Assembly: GCA_963828465.1 (NCBI GenBank)
Contig: CAWHEU010000027.1
Span: 9,309-73,308, forward strand
Source of the DNA: an uncultured Acidobacteriota bacterium
GTDB taxonomy: Bacteria; Actinomycetota; Acidimicrobiia; Spongiisociales; ZC4RG35
DNA length: 64,000 nucleotides
Direction of reading: 5' to 3'
Under the pieces are notes generated by a model. The model did not search any database. It was not told the origin of the DNA and worked only from the letters and a program-made list of their open reading frames with translations. Positions within the stretch are counted from its first letter, which is position 1, and every line of letters begins with the position of its first letter. Of the stretch, positions 9,283 to 21,637 are shown one piece after another. The position numbers and the translations under genes are program-made.

Positions 9283-10571
9283 AGCCCGGTTGCGACCGAG
9301 GCCAGACCGCGCTCTTCGATCATCGCCCGGCGGTATCCAAGCGACCGGTAGGCAGCGAGGGGCTCGATGGCCCCGCCCTTCACCCGACGGGCCTCCGCCA
9401 CCAGCGGGCGGACGTCGATGCGGAAGGCGTCCTGAAGCAGGTGCTGTCCCAGAGCGGCGTCATTGGCCGTCTGAGCGTCGAGGAGAGCGTCGCGCTCCAC
9501 CAGGAGCGCCTGGGCGTATGCGATCGACACCGCTTCGGTCGATTGGATCAGGTCCTCGAGCGGGTCCTTGATGTTGTGGCTCTGGTCGATCATGTAGGCC
9601 AGCGCCGGGAGCCGACCCTCGCCGGCCCGGATCAACTCACAGAAGATGAGGAACAGCTGGAAAGGCCGAATCGAACCGGTGGTGAGGTCGTCGTCGCCGT
9701 ACTTCGAATCGTTGAAGTGAAACCCACCGAGACGCCCGGCCATGGCCAGCCGGCTGACGATCTGCTCGATGTTGGCATTGGGGAGATGGTGGCCGAGATC
9801 GACCAGACACGAAGCCTTCGGCCCTGCCGCCTGGGCGAGGAGGAGCGACGAGCCCCAGTCGAAGTTGACCGTCGCGTAGAAGGCCGGCTCATAGGGCTTG
9901 TGCTCGGTGTACATCTGCCAGCCGTCGGGCAGATGGTCGTGAATCGCGCCGAGGCCGTCCGCCACCCGCTCGAACTGGGTGGTGTGGTCGGCCTGGCCGG
10001 GGTGGTTGATGCCGTCGGCGAGCCAAACGGTCAGCGCGGTCGATCCCAGGCGGACCCCGAGATCGATCACGTACTTGTTGTGCTCGATGGCGACCTCCCG
10101 CACGGCGGGGTCGGCGTTGGCCAGGCTCCCGAATTTGTAGGAGAGCTTGCCGTCGTCGGTCGTCGATGGGTTGTCCTGGAACGTGTTCGAGTTCATCGCA
10201 TCGAAGCCGATCGCACCGGTCCTCGGCGTACTCACGCAAGCCCGTCTGGGTCCTCGGGATCGTCCCAAGGGACATGAAGCGAGATGGTCCCGTTGCTGGC
10301 GGTCAGTGTGTTGAGAAGGGCGACATCGTCGATCTTCTCCTCCGTGTTGCGGGGCTCGCCGCCGATCGGGAACCGGCCGAATCTGGTCCCGCCGGTCCCC
10401 ACTGCCCACGAAGGAGCGGCGACATCGAAGTCTGCGAGCGCCGAGACCACGATCGGTCGGCGCTCGGCCCCGATTGCGCCGGTCGAGCCGGCCGGCCAGG
10501 TGCTCCAGGTCCTCTTGCAGTGGGGCCGCCCATACCTCGTTCAGCCCGGCGATCCGGTCCTGGTCGATCAT
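9279..10571 (-). CDS. rhaI: L-rhamnose isomerase, RhaI type (two compensating frameshifts near 10470 and 10225)
   Basis: PSWAVGTGGTRFGRF and SLHVPWD in ORF 10232..10450; NSNTFQD, EHKPYEPAFY, VDLGHH, GGFHFNDSKYGDDDL, MIDQSHN in the main ORF. Confidence 0.88.
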   Translation of the reverse strand: MIDQDRIAGLNEVWAAPLQEDLEHLAGRLDRRNRGRAPTDRGLGARRLRCRRSFVGSGDRRDQIRPVPDRRRAPQHGGEDRRCRPSQHTDRQQRDHLASCPLGRSRGPRRACVSTPRTGAIGFDAMNSNTFQDNPSTTDDGKLSYKFGSLANADPAVREVAIEHNKYVIDLGVRLGSTALTVWLADGINHPGQADHTTQFERVADGLGAIHDHLPDGWQMYTEHKPYEPAFYATVNFDWGSSLLLAQAAGPKASCLVDLGHHLPNANIEQIVSRLAMAGRLGGFHFNDSKYGDDDLTTGSIRPFQLFLIFCELIRAGEGRLPALAYMIDQSHNIKDPLEDLIQSTEAVSIAYAQALLVERDALLDAQTANDAALGQHLLQDAFRIDVRPLVAEARRVKGGAIEPLAAYRSLGYRRAMIEERGLASVATGL

Positions 10572-10587
10572 CTCGCTCCTCCTTGGC

Positions 10588-12637
10588 TCACCTCAGGAAC
10601 GCCGAAACGACACCACTGTCCACCGGGATCATCAGCCCCGTGGTCTGGCTCAGCGCGCCACCGACCAGGGCCAGAGCGGCCTTGGCCACGTGCTCGGGGA
10701 GCACCTCCTGCTTGAGCAGGGTGCGATCGGCGTAGAACTTGCCCAACTCCTCCTCGGGCACTCCGTAGACCTTGGCCCGGTCCGCCCCCCAGCCGGCGGC
10801 GAAGATACCCGAGCCCTGGACCACGCCGTCCGGGTTGATCCCATTGACTCTGATCCCGTGCCGGCCCAACTCGGCAGCCAGCAAACGCACCTGATGGGCC
10901 TGGCTCGCCTTCGCCGACCCGTAGGCGAGGTTGTTGGGCCCGGCCACCACCGCGTTCTTGCTCACGACGTAGATGATGTCCCCTCCCCGTCCCTGGTCGA
11001 TCATCGCCGAGGCGGCGTGCTTGGAGACGAGGAACGAGCCCTTGGCCATCACATCGTGTTGCAGGTCCCAGTCACGCTCGGTCGTGTCGAGCAAGCTCTT
11101 GGACAGGGAGAGGCCGGCGTTGTTGACGACGATATCGATGCCTCCGAAGGCGCGCACCGCAGCCTCGATCGCCTCTCGAACGGCTGTCTCATCGGTGACA
11201 TCTGCCTCGACCGGCAGCACGGTGTCGCTCGACCCGATTTGCTCGGACGTCTCTCGTGCCGAATCGAGATTGATGTCGACTGCGACGACCACCGCGCCCG
11301 AGTCGGCGAACGTCTCGGCGATGGCCCGTCCGATGCCGGAACCTGCGCCGGTTACGAGCGCAACCCTCCCGGTTAGTGGCTTGGGCGGAGGGCGGCGGCG
11401 CAGCTTCATCTCCTCGAGCATCCAGTACTCGACCCGGAACTTCTCGGCCTCGGGGACCGGCTGATAAGTGGAGACCGCTTCGGCGCCGGTGATGACGTTG
11501 ATCGCATTGATGTAGAACTCGCCCGCGACCCGGGCGGTCTGGCTGTCGGCTCCAAAGCTGAACATGCCGATCCCGGGGATGAGGAAGATGGCCGGGTCCG
11601 CTCCGCGCATGGGCGGGGTCTCCGGCATCGGCATGACGCTCGTAGTAGGCCTGATACTCCTCCCTGTACTCGGCGTGGAGCTGACGGAGCCGGTCTATCC
11701 GCTCTTCGAGAGGCGACGCCGCTGGAAGGTCGAGGAGCAGGGGCCGCACCTTGGTGCGGATGAAATGATCGGGACAAGATGTCCCTCGTGGCACGACACG
11801 TGGTGCCGCCTCGCGGCCAATGAAGTCGAGCACGATGTCGTCATCGAACCAGCGCCCCACCACGGGGCCGTCGGTTCCGGCCAGCCCGCGGATCACGGGG
11901 GCCAGCGCCGCCGCCTGGGCATCCCGTTCCGATGGTTCCAACGGCTCGAACCCAGGGCGAATCGGCCCGAGGGGCTCCGACCGGCCGTGCCGTTCGATGA
12001 ACTCGGTCGCCCTGGCGATGAGATCCAATGAGTTCGACTCGCAGGCCTCCGAGCTATCGCCCCAGGCGGTCAGGCCGTGGCCGCCCATCACCACGCCCTT
12101 CAGGTCGGGTCGCTGTCTGCGCAGGTCCTCCATGTCCAGCGCCAGCTGGAAACCGGGCCGCCTCCATGGGACCCAGCCCACCTCGTCGCCGTAGCAACGT
12201 TTGGTCAGCTCTTCACCATCGGCCGAAGCGGCCAGTGCGATGACGGAATCGGGATGGAGGTGATCGATATGGGTCACGTCGAGGAGACCATGCATCGAGG
12301 TGTCGATGCTCGGTGCGGCGCCGGGGGGGCCGAAGATGCAGAAATCGAGCAGCTGATGCATCTCGTCTTCGTGCTCCTCACCCCGGTAGACATCACTAAG
12401 GCGGCGTATGCCGTCGAGACGGAGCACGGATAGCCCATCGGCAGTGAGGGTGCCCAGATCGCCGCCTGACCCCTTGACCCACATCACCTCGACTTCGTCG
12501 CCGGAGGCCGGGTCGGTGAGTTGACCCTTGGCCGAGGTGTTGCCACCGCCGTAGTTGGTGTTGCGCCGATCGGCGCCGAGCCGGTTGGAACGAGCGATCA
12601 GCTCGTCGACTACAGATGGCTGTTCACCGGCGCTCAT
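10588..12637 (-). CDS. rhaEW: Bifunctional rhamnulose-1-phosphate aldolase / short-chain dehydrogenase (frameshift near 11630)
   Basis: NYGGGNTSAK, VKGSGGDLG, PSIDT, HLHPD, GTSCPDHFIRTK in the N-half; EYWMLEE, VTGAGSGIG, NNAG, YGSAK, RVNGINPD in the C-half. Confidence 0.88.
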
Positions 12638-12690
12638 CGATCCCCGTCTCGAGTCTCCGCATCGTTCTTCCTCCTGCCCTCGGGCAGAGG

Positions 12691-12718
12691 TGTGCGATCG
12701 GGCGTTAGATATCGCACA
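12691..12718. promoter_or_regulatory. Candidate operator/internal promoter upstream of rhaEW
   Basis: TGTGCGAT-N12-ATCGCACA inverted repeat in a locally AT-richer intergenic stretch. Confidence 0.45.
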
Positions 12719-12747
12719 ATCTTACACCGCTCGCCAAGCCCGAGGCC

Positions 12748-12774
12748 CGCCCGGGCCCATCACGGGCCCGGGCG
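12748..12774 (-). terminator. GC-rich hairpin after rhaS (terminator or mRNA stabiliser)
   Basis: CGCCCGGGCCC-atcac-GGGCCCGGGCG, perfect 11-bp stem just downstream of the SBP gene; no U-tract. Confidence 0.6.
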
Positions 12775-12785
12775 AAGCCACAGAC

Positions 12786-13956
12786 TCAGGTGCCCGGGTT
12801 CTCCGCGTTGTACTTGGAGAACGGTCCCATCAGCACCCGCAACCCGGCATCCCGGGTCGGGTCCGCGGTGATCTCGTACTCACCCATGCGACCGGCGACG
12901 AAGGTGGTGCCTTCCTCAGCAACGATCTGCTCGGTGGCTATCCCGTATGCCACGTAGTAGGCGAGGTACCCGAGATCGACGAAGCTCCACAAGTGCGAAC
13001 TCCGGAGCGCATCCGCTCTCGACATAGGGCGCCATCTCCTCGGGGAGGCCGAGACCCGAGACCTTGATCGTCTCGCAGAGGCCCTCCTGAGTCATCGCCT
13101 GCGCCGCGGCAACGATCCCGACCGTGGTCGGGGCCATGATGAGCTCGAGATCGGGATGCGAGTCGACCAGACCCAGGGCGGCCGTCACCGAATCCTCGGC
13201 GACGTCGTTGCCGTACACGGTCTCGACCAACACCAGATTCTCGAACTCGGGCGTGGCGAGGACCTCCTCCATGGCCGCGATCCAGGCGTTCTGGTTCGCC
13301 GCGTCCGGTGTCGCCGACAGGATGGCGAACTCGCCACCGTCGTCACCGAGGATGGTGCGAGCCATCTCGGCCATGACCTGGCCGGTCTCGTCGAAGTCGA
13401 CCTGGGCCACGAACACGCTCTCGCCCGTGGCCGATGGGATCGGAGAGTCCCAGGTCACCACCGGGATGCCGGCATCGGCCGCCGCCTGAGCAGGCGCATC
13501 CAACTGATCGCCGGAGTTGTTGGAGAGCATGATCGCGTCGACACCCTGGGTGACGGCGTTGGTCATGAACTCGATCTGCCCGGTGGTGTCACCACAGTCG
13601 GCGGGGCCGACGAACTCGGCCGGGTCGGAGCCGAGCTCCGCCGCGGCTTCCTCGGCACCTCAGTTGGCCTGCGGGAACACCGCGATGTTGGTGCACTTGG
13701 GCAGGAACGTCGCCGTGATCGAGTCGCCTGCGGTGATCTCCACGGCCTCCCCGCCGGCGGCCGCAGATGTTGTCGTCTCCGCAGCGGCCGACGTGGTCGT
13801 CTCGGCCGCGACCGTCGTCGTGGCCTCAGCCGCGGTCGTGGTTGCTTCACCTGCGGTGGTCGTGGTGTCGCCGCTATCCCCGCCACAGGCGGCGAGTATC
13901 AAGGCAACGACCACCAGCGGGCCCAGGACCCGGCTGCGTCGCTTGTTTGCTTTCAC
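12786..13956 (-). CDS. rhaS: Rhamnose ABC transporter substrate-binding lipoprotein (about three frameshifts)
   Basis: Lipobox LILAACGG, Thr/Ala linker, [55 protein letters not shown] spread over ORFs 13660..13956, 12916..13566 and 12786..13025. Confidence 0.82.
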
Positions 13957-14033
13957 TATCTCTTTCCTCCTCTTGATTTTGGTGTCTCGGTATTCATCGA
14001 TATGAGCCGTAGCTACCTCCGTTCAGTGGTTGG

Positions 14034-15020
14034 TCAGGGGGGACCATGTGCCATCGCCTCAGGCGCGGGGCGGCGGAGGCGATACCTCCGGGCGAGATTG
14101 GGAACCAGCACCGACCCGATCAGCAGCAGGCCGATGACCCCGGTCTGGGTGATTCCGTCGATGTTGGCCAGCCCGAGGCCGTTGCGGATGTTGAGAACGG
14201 TGAACAGGGCCAGAACCACCCCGAGCATGGATCCCGACCCGCCAAAGATGCTCACCCCTCCGAGGAGCACCATGGTGATGATGTCCAGCTCATAGGTTTC
14301 GCCAAGGGTCCCCTGGACTGCTCCGACGCGGGCGGCGAACAGGACCCCGGCCAGCCCGGCGACAGTGCCCGAGGCGACGAACAGCCGCATCTTCACCGAG
14401 TCGACTTCGATGCCGGAGAAACGTGCGACATCGGCGCTGTTGCCGATCACGTAAACCTTCCGTCCGAAGGCACTCCGCTCGAGGATGATCCAGGCCAGGG
14501 CAAGGCCAACGAAGAAGAGGACGAGGGCGACCGGGAACGGACCGAAGAGGGTCTGCTGGCCGATCCTCTCGAACCATTCCGGGAAGTCCCCCACGGACCG
14601 GTCCTCGAGAAGGACACGTGCCGCCCCGCGGAACCCGATCAGCCCGGCGAGGGTCACCACCAGCGAGGGCAGGCCGAATCGGGTGATGACGAGGCCCTGG
14701 AGAAGCCCGGCGAGGGCACCGGCGACAATGCCGATCACGATGGCGAGGACGAACGCCATCTCTCCGCCTTCGTAGAGGGTCGCCATCACCGCCGCCGAGA
14801 ACCCCATGACCGAGGCCACGGAGAGATCGATCTCACCATTGATGATCACAAACGTCATCACGATGACGACGATGATCTTCTCGATCGATAGCCAGAAGAG
14901 GTTCACGAAGTTCCCGAAACCGAGATAGAACGGGGACAGGGAGACGTTGACGACGATCGTCGCCGCCAGCACGACGATCAGGATCGACTCCCAACGATGC
15001 TTGGCCGCCCACTCACGCAT
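14034..15020 (-). CDS. rhaQ: Rhamnose ABC transporter permease
   Basis: Multi-TM; [46 protein letters not shown]. Confidence 0.88.
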   Translation of the reverse strand: MREWAAKHRWESILIVVLAATIVVNVSLSPFYLGFGNFVNLFWLSIEKIIVVIVMTFVIINGEIDLSVASVMGFSAAVMATLYEGGEMAFVLAIVIGIVAGALAGLLQGLVITRFGLPSLVVTLAGLIGFRGAARVLLEDRSVGDFPEWFERIGQQTLFGPFPVALVLFFVGLALAWIILERSAFGRKVYVIGNSADVARFSGIEVDSVKMRLFVASGTVAGLAGVLFAARVGAVQGTLGETYELDIITMVLLGGVSIFGGSGSMLGVVLALFTVLNIRNGLGLANIDGITQTGVIGLLLIGSVLVPNLARRYRLRRPAPEAMAHGPP

Positions 15021-16119
15021 CGGCAGTCCCCCCGCCTCCTCCCGCCATGCGGGCCATCCCGACAGCCGAGGGGCCCGTGGACTCCATCGCCTTTCTCGCC
15101 TCGGCTGACCAGCGACGGTTGAAACGGTTGCGAAGGACCGTGTCGAGGATGACCGCAGCCAGGATCAGGATCCCGAGGAAGGCATCACGCCAGAACTCAC
15201 TGACCTCCGGCACGCGGACCAAGCTGAGCTTGAGGGTGTCGATGAACACAGCGCCGAGGAAGGCGCCCACCATGGTGCCGGATCCACCAAGGATGCTGAC
15301 CCCACCAACAACAGCCGCAGCCACGGACTCGAGCTCGAGCCCGGCACCGGCGGTGGCGCTGATCGTGCCGGCCCGAGCCAGGAACATGAATCCGGCCAGC
15401 CCCGCCAGGGCCCCGGAGCCGACGAACGACCAAAAGACGAGAGACGCGGTCGGTAACCCGGCTTGGGCCGCTGCCGACGGGTTGGATCCGATGGCGTAGA
15501 TCCGTCTCCCCCAGCGCAGCCTGGCCAAGGCGAATTGCAGACCTACCACCACGAACACGGCGATCAAGAACACCAGCCGCACCTCGAATCCGGCGATCGT
15601 GAACAGCGTGACATTGTTGAACTCGAGCACCCATGAAGGAAGGTCGCCGGCAAGGACATTGGCCCCCTCCGAGTAGATGCTGAGCAAGGTGCGAAACAGC
15701 GCCAGTGTGCCCAGCGTGACGATGATTGCCGGCACACCGCCGTAGGCAACGAGGAGGCCGTTGACCGATCCCAGGACCGCCCCGACCACGATGGCCACCA
15801 GCACGGCTGCGATAGGTCCTTGCCCGGTGGCCGCCAGGAAATCACCGGTGAGATAGGCGGCCACACCCACGATCGAGCCCACAGACAGATCGATGTTGCG
15901 GCTGAATATGACCAGCGCCTGGGCAGCGGCGAGAAGGGTCACGACCACGACGCTCGTGGTGACCCGGTTGAAGAAGCGTCCGCTGAGATAACCCTCGATG
16001 AGGAAGGCGAACACCAACACCGACACCGCGATGATGGCGAGGAGGGTCGCCTCCTTCACCCGCTCCGGACGGAGGAACCTGGTGCTCTTCGAGGCTGCTT
16101 CCGCAGCGGATTCGGTCAC
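15013..16119 (-). CDS. rhaP: Rhamnose ABC transporter permease
   Basis: Multi-TM; [51 protein letters not shown]. Confidence 0.88.
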   Translation of the reverse strand: MTESAAEAASKSTRFLRPERVKEATLLAIIAVSVLVFAFLIEGYLSGRFFNRVTTSVVVVTLLAAAQALVIFSRNIDLSVGSIVGVAAYLTGDFLAATGQGPIAAVLVAIVVGAVLGSVNGLLVAYGGVPAIIVTLGTLALFRTLLSIYSEGANVLAGDLPSWVLEFNNVTLFTIAGFEVRLVFLIAVFVVVGLQFALARLRWGRRIYAIGSNPSAAAQAGLPTASLVFWSFVGSGALAGLAGFMFLARAGTISATAGAGLELESVAAAVVGGVSILGGSGTMVGAFLGAVFIDTLKLSLVRVPEVSEFWRDAFLGILILAAVILDTVLRNRFNRRWSAEARKAMESTGPSAVGMARMAGGGGGTADA

Positions 16120-17613
16120 CGAGCACCAACTGCGGCGGTCATGATGCGCTCCTGAGTGGCGTCACGACGCGGATAGATGCCGATCAAACTGCCCTCGCGC
16201 ATGACGGCGACCCGGTCGCTCATGGCGATGACCTCGGGCAAGTCGGAGGAGATCAGCATGATCGCGATCCCCGAGGTGGCGAGCTCGTCGATGAATTTGT
16301 GGACGTCGGCCTTGGCCCCGACATCGATGCCCCGGGTCGGCTCGTCCAGGATCAACACCTTGGGGTGGGTGTTGAGCCATTTGGCGAGCATGGTCTTCTG
16401 CTGATTGCCACCCGGACAGCTGGCTGACCGGTGTCGACAGGCTGGGCGCCCGGATGCCGAGCCGTTGCCGCAATGCCTCGGCGTCGGCGCGCTCCTGGTC
16501 GCGGTCGATGAGACCGAGTGCGCTCGTGTACCGGTTCAGGGTCGCCAGTGTCACGTTGGCGACCAGCGATTGCTCGACCGACAGGCCGAGTCTGCGCCGG
16601 TCCTCCGAGAGATACGCGATCCCGCTGGCCAGCGCCTGTCGTGGAGACCTGATGTCGAGGGTCTTGCCCTCCAATTCGATGGTGCCTTCATCGGCCGGAT
16701 GGACGCCGAACAGCGAGAGAGCGATGTCGGTGCGGCCAGACCCGACGAGACCGGCGAATCCGAGCACCTCCCCGCGTCGCACGTCGAAGGTCACATCGGA
16801 GAAGACGCCGGACACACCAAGCGAATCGACCCTCAACACCGCTTCACCCTCGGGGTGCTCACCCCTGGCGAAGAAGTCAGACGGGTCCCGCCCCACCATC
16901 TCACGCACCAGCGACTCTTCCGTGACTTCATTGGCCGGACGGGTCGAGATGTGCCGCCCGTCGCGGAACACCGAGATCCGATCGGATATGGCGAAGAGCT
17001 CCTCCAGCCGATGTGTGATGAAGAGGACGGACACGCCCGCCTCCTTCAGGCTGCGTACCTGACGGAACAGGCGATCGACCTCGTGGGCGGAGAGCGCCGC
17101 GGTCGGCTCGTCCATGATCAGAACCCGCACGTCGAGCGAAATCGCCTTGGCGATCTCGACTGCCTGCTGGCCGGCGACGGTGAGTCCGGCGGCGGGGAGG
17201 CGAGGGTCGATCTCGATGTCGAGCTTGGCGAGGATCCGCGGAGGCTTCCCGGTACATCGTCGACCAGTCGACCATCATTCCCTGGTCCTGATGCCCGATG
17301 AAGATGTTCTCCGCCACGCTGAGGTCGGGAAACACCGACGGCTCCTGATAGATGGCGGCGATCCCCTGACGCTGGGCGTCGGCCGAGCTTCGTCGGGGCA
17401 AACGGCTCGCCCCCGAAGGGTCATCTCACCGGAGTCGGCCGGGTAGAGACCGGTCATGATCTTGATGAGGGTGGACTTTCCGGCTCCGTTCTCACCGACG
17501 AGGGAGTGGATCTCCCCGGCCCGGAGCGACAGTGAGACTTCCGACAGGGCCTGAGTGGCGTCGAAGCGCTTGGACACCCCCTTGATCTCGATGACCGGCC
17601 GGGGTTCGCTCAA
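16116..17613 (-). CDS. rhaT: Sugar ABC transporter ATP-binding protein, two ABC domains (several frameshifts)
   Basis: [64 protein letters not shown] across four ORF fragments. Confidence 0.86.
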
Positions 17614-17629
17614 ACCAGCTTCCTCCTAT

Positions 17630-17669
17630 GTGAACGCCGGGGAGTGAGGACGTTCACTTATGTAACATA
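17630..17669. promoter_or_regulatory. Candidate operator(s) in the divergent rhaT/lldD promoter
   Basis: GTGAACG-N14-CGTTCAC (17630-17657) followed by the palindrome TATGT-a-ACATA (17659-17669) in an AT-rich island. Confidence 0.5.
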
Positions 17670-17686
17670 TCACACTAGATAACGAG

Positions 17687-18950
17687 GTGTCGGCCCAACT
17701 ACCGTGTTTGACGATGCAGTCTCAGACGCCGAGGAAACGCTGGTTCGGATCACTCCGCGAGCTTCGGTTCCGGGGTCTCGAGCTGAGCCCGACGAAGCGA
17801 AGGCTGCGGAAGGGCGTCTCGGTATCCGATCTACGCGCCATCGCCAAACGTCGGCTTCCCCGTGGGGTCTTCGATTACATCGACGGCGGGGCCGAAGACG
17901 AGCTGGCGCTGAGGTCGAATTCCGAGGCATATCGACGAATGACGTTCCGTCCCCGCGTCCTCAGGGATGTGAGCGAGGTCGACACCTCCTCTTCCCTCCT
18001 CGGCAAGCCCCTCCCCTACCCATTGGTCCTCGCACCCACCGGCTTCACCCGCATCGCTGACCCGGCCGGTGAGCTGGCGGTGGCACGGGCCGCCCAGCGC
18101 TGCCGGGCTTCCCTATTCGCTCTCGACCCTGGGGACCCGGTCGATCGAGGAGGTGGCGGCGGTCAGCACGGGGCGGCTGTGGTTCCAGGTGTACGTGTGG
18201 AAGGACCGGGGCCTGGTCGCAGAGATGGTGGAGCGGGCGCGGGACTCCGGCTACGAGGCGCTTTGTCTCACAGTCGACACCGCAGTGTTTGGCAAGAGGG
18301 AGCGGGATGTGAGGCGGGGCTTCACATTGCCACCGAAGCTCGGCCTGTCCACGATCTTGGACGGCATCATCCACCCCGGTTGGACATGGCAGTTCCTGAC
18401 CAACGACCCGATCGTCTTCGCCAACGTCGCCGGGCGCAGTGTCGGGGAGGGCGGAGAGACGGTGGCCCTTGCCGAGTACGTCAGCAATCAGTTCGACCCG
18501 GGACTGTCCTGGAGCGATGTCGAATGGCTGCGGGCAAGATGGAACGGCCCAATTGTGCTCAAGGGGATCCAGACCGTCGACGACGCCAGGATCGCCGCGG
18601 ACGAGGGACTCGAAGCAATCGCCCTCTCCAATCACGGTGGCCGTCAACTGGACTCCGCACCCGCTCCTCTAGATCTCCTTCCCGAAGTCGTCGACGCGGT
18701 CGGGGACCGAATCGAGATCATCTGTGACGGCGGAGTACGGCGCGGGAGCGACATCGTCAAAGCCCTGGCGCTCGGGGCCACCGCCTGCATGGCTGGTCGT
18801 GCCTACCTGTACGGGCTGGGGGCTGCGGGAGAGGCAGGAGTGGATCACGTCCTCGATCTCTTTGCGAGCGACATGAGACGCACCATGGCGCTGATCGGTT
18901 GTCGAACGGTCAAAGAGCTCGACCGGGAATACCTCGACCTCGGGGCCTGA
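17687..18950 (+). CDS. lldD: FMN-dependent alpha-hydroxy-acid dehydrogenase, L-lactate dehydrogenase-like (frameshift near 18100; start uncertain)
   Basis: FDYIDGGA, LAPTGF, WFQVY, LTVD, VLKGI, SNHGGRQLD, DGGVRRGSDIVKALALGA; divergent from the rha operon. Confidence 0.82.
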
Positions 18951-18982
18951 CCACCACCAGCACTCGTTTGTAGACTCCCGGC

Positions 18983-20017
18983 ATGCAGAGAGCCGTGACC
19001 CTCCGAGAGGTCGCCGACAAGGCAGGGGTTCACCCCTCGACCGCGTCGCGCGCTCTGAACCCCTCCACCCGAGACCTGGTCAACGAGGGGACCATCGAAC
19101 GAGTCACGGCTGCCGCACGTGACCTCGGCTACCGCCCAAACTCCATGGCCAGAGGGCTCAAGACGAACAAGACCTTCTCGATCGGCATGCTCCTCCCCGA
19201 CCTGACCAACCCGCTGTTCCCACCAATAGTCCGGGGCGTCGAGGACGTTCTGGGGACCGCCGATTACACCCTCATCCTGGGCAACACCGACAACGACGCA
19301 GAGCGTGAGGGCCAACTCCTCGCATCGATGATGAATCGCCGCGTGGACGGGTTGATCCTGGCCACCGCCCACCGCAACACCCCGGCGATCGATGACCTGG
19401 TCGAATCCGGGCTGCCCCTCGTGCTGGTCAACCGGACAGTCGATGATCAGAAGGTCCCCTCGGTCACGACCGACGATCACGCCGGCATCGGCCTCGCAGT
19501 CCGTCATCTCGTCGAGCTGGGTCACACCCGTATTGCCCACGTCGGAGGGCCCCAGCATCTCTCCACCGGTCTCGATCGCTATCAGGGCTTCGTCGCCTGG
19601 ATGAAGATCATGGGCCTCGACGTGGACCCCGACCTGGTGAGCTTCGCCGATTGGTACCACGAAGATCCGGGGGCCAAGGCATTCTGGGCAATCCTCGACC
19701 GCCGCGCCGATTTCACGGCGGTCATCGCCGCCAACGATCTGATCGCCATCGGCTGTTACGACGTCCTAGGCGACACGGGCCGCTCTATTGGCGGAGATGT
19801 GTCCGTTGTGGGCTACAACGACATGCCTTTCGCCGACAAGCTCTCTCCCCCGCTCACCACAGTGCAGATCCCGCACTATCAGGTCGGCGTGAGGGCGGCG
19901 GATCTCATGCTCGAGATCCTCGATGACAGCGATGATTCTGTACCGGTCTCCATCAAGCTGACCCCGACGCTGGCCGCCCGCCGGTCGACCGGGCCGGCGC
20001 CTACGGAGACGAGTTGA
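18983..20017 (+). CDS. LacI-family transcriptional regulator
   Basis: [49 protein letters not shown]; TAGACT -10-like hexamer 6 nt before ATG. Confidence 0.92.
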   Translation: MQRAVTLREVADKAGVHPSTASRALNPSTRDLVNEGTIERVTAAARDLGYRPNSMARGLKTNKTFSIGMLLPDLTNPLFPPIVRGVEDVLGTADYTLILGNTDNDAEREGQLLASMMNRRVDGLILATAHRNTPAIDDLVESGLPLVLVNRTVDDQKVPSVTTDDHAGIGLAVRHLVELGHTRIAHVGGPQHLSTGLDRYQGFVAWMKIMGLDVDPDLVSFADWYHEDPGAKAFWAILDRRADFTAVIAANDLIAIGCYDVLGDTGRSIGGDVSVVGYNDMPFADKLSPPLTTVQIPHYQVGVRAADLMLEILDDSDDSVPVSIKLTPTLAARRSTGPAPTETS

Positions 20018-21227
20018 CCCTGCGCCGTTCCTCGAGAAATCGTCGCTCTACCTCGTTGGAGACGAGAGCGAGCGCCTCGCCGTAGGCATCGTCCGCCGCA
20101 TCGACCTCACCAAGTCGCCGTAAGAGCTCGGCCCGTGTGGCGTGGTACAGGTGGTATCTATCGAGATCCATGTCGTCGAGCAATGAGAGGGCATCGGGCT
20201 CGCCGTGGACCTCAGCGACCGCCACCGCCCTGTTGAGGGCGACGACCGGGGTCGGGGCCTGCACCATGAGCATGTCGTACAACTGGAGGATCTGGCCCCA
20301 GTCGGTGTCATCGGCATCCGCCGCATCGCTGTGAACCGCGGCGATCGCCGCCTGGATCTGGAACGGGCCGGGCCGGTTTCTCCGCAGACATGCCTTGACG
20401 AGAGCCTGGCCGTCGTCGATGAGTGTTCGGTCCCACCGGTTTCGGTCCTGGTCGGCGAGGAGCACCATCGAACCGTCCGATGTAGTGCGGGCCGGGCGAC
20501 GTGACTCCGAGAGGAGAAGGAGCGCCAGAAGGCCGACTGCTTCCGGCTCGTCGGGCATCAGATCCGCAAGCAGACGGGCAAGTCTCAATGCCTCGAGGGC
20601 GAGATCGGTTCGCAGCAGCGCCTCGCCGCTGAAGGCTGTGTAGCCCTCGTTGTAGATGAGGTAGACAACGGTAAGCACCGAGCCCAGCCGATCCGGCAGG
20701 TCCGCATCGGCGGGGACCCGATACGGGATGTTGGCGGCCTTGATCTTCCGCTTTGCCCTCACCAGGCGCTGCGCCATCGTTGGCTCTGGTACGAGGAATG
20801 CTCGCGCGATCTCGGGAGTCTGCAGGCCGCCGAGCAGACGAAGGGTCAGCGCCACCGCCGATGACGTGTCCAGGGCGGGATGACAACAGGTGAAAATCAG
20901 CCGGAGCCGGTCGTCGCTCACCGGCCCCTCGACAGGTCCGGGCTCGGATTGAGCTTGTAGTTCGACTGCATGAGCATGTCGTTCCTCCCGGCTCGACTCA
21001 CGCCGCAGCTTGTCGATGGCGCGATTTCGAGCCGTGGTGACGATCCAGCCTCCCGGGTTGGGGGGCATACCCGTCTCCGGCCATTTCTCGGTCGCCACCA
21101 GGAAGGCGTCCTGAACCGCCTCCTCGGCGAGGTCGATGTCGCGAAAGAGGCGGATCAGGGTGGCTATCGCCTTGCCGGACTCTTCCCGGAAGGCCCGATC
21201 GATTGCAGCTAACTCGAGACCGGCCAA
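20001..21227 (-). CDS. ECF42 (ECF238)-type sigma factor with C-terminal TPR-like extension
   Basis: [76 protein letters not shown]; downstream of a DGPF gene; likely TTG start at 21227. Confidence 0.9.
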   Translation of the reverse strand: MAGLELAAIDRAFREESGKAIATLIRLFRDIDLAEEAVQDAFLVATEKWPETGMPPNPGGWIVTTARNRAIDKLRRESSREERHAHAVELQAQSEPGPVEGPVSDDRLRLIFTCCHPALDTSSAVALTLRLLGGLQTPEIARAFLVPEPTMAQRLVRAKRKIKAANIPYRVPADADLPDRLGSVLTVVYLIYNEGYTAFSGEALLRTDLALEALRLARLLADLMPDEPEAVGLLALLLLSESRRPARTTSDGSMVLLADQDRNRWDRTLIDDGQALVKACLRRNRPGPFQIQAAIAAVHSDAADADDTDWGQILQLYDMLMVQAPTPVVALNRAVAVAEVHGEPDALSLLDDMDLDRYHLYHATRAELLRRLGEVDAADDAYGEALALVSNEVERRFLEERRRVNSSP

Positions 21228-21231
21228 GGCC

Positions 21232-21588
21232 TCAGGCTTCGGGCTCGTCCTGGAAGGGACGCACTTCGATCGGGCCCTGGCAGGCCACGGTCGCCTTGCT
21301 AGCCCATGCCAGGGCGGCGTCGAGATCGGGCGCCTCGATGACCCAGAAGCCACCGACCTGTTCTTTGGTCTCGGCGTATGGCCCGTCGGTGACGACGGTC
21401 TCGCCATTCTTCTCCCTGACCACCGTGGCGGTGTCGGCCGGGTGGAGCCCACCGGCGAAGACCCATGCGCCGGCCTCCCTGATCTCGTTGTTGAGCGCGT
21501 CGACATCGGCGTAGATCTTCTCTAGGACGTCGGCGGGAAGATCCTCCGGCCGCTCATCATCGAATACCGAAATCATGTACTGGGTCAT
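21232..21588 (-). CDS. YciI/DGPF-family protein
   Basis: [25 protein letters not shown]; ATG at 21588 behind a GGAAAGG RBS. Confidence 0.9.
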   Translation of the reverse strand: MTQYMISVFDDERPEDLPADVLEKIYADVDALNNEIREAGAWVFAGGLHPADTATVVREKNGETVVTDGPYAETKEQVGGFWVIEAPDLDAALAWASKATVACQGPIEVRPFQDEPEA

Positions 21589-21637
21589 GACGATCCTTTC
21601 CGTCGAGGGGGCACCATGCCCATCCTCATACCCCAAC

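Noticed and set aside
7866-17613. Programmed frameshifting or true pseudogenisation of the rha operon
   Set aside because: No consistent slippery motifs; breaks also hit unrelated neighbours and catalytic motifs are intact, so sequencing indels are more parsimonious.
20001-21506. Apparent 501-aa sigma, and likewise extended N-termini for proW (46609), mttB (33127), etfB (39724), etfA (40305) and the TPR gene (55716)
   Set aside because: The extensions overlap upstream genes in another frame; better starts lie at the coupling points used in the feature list.
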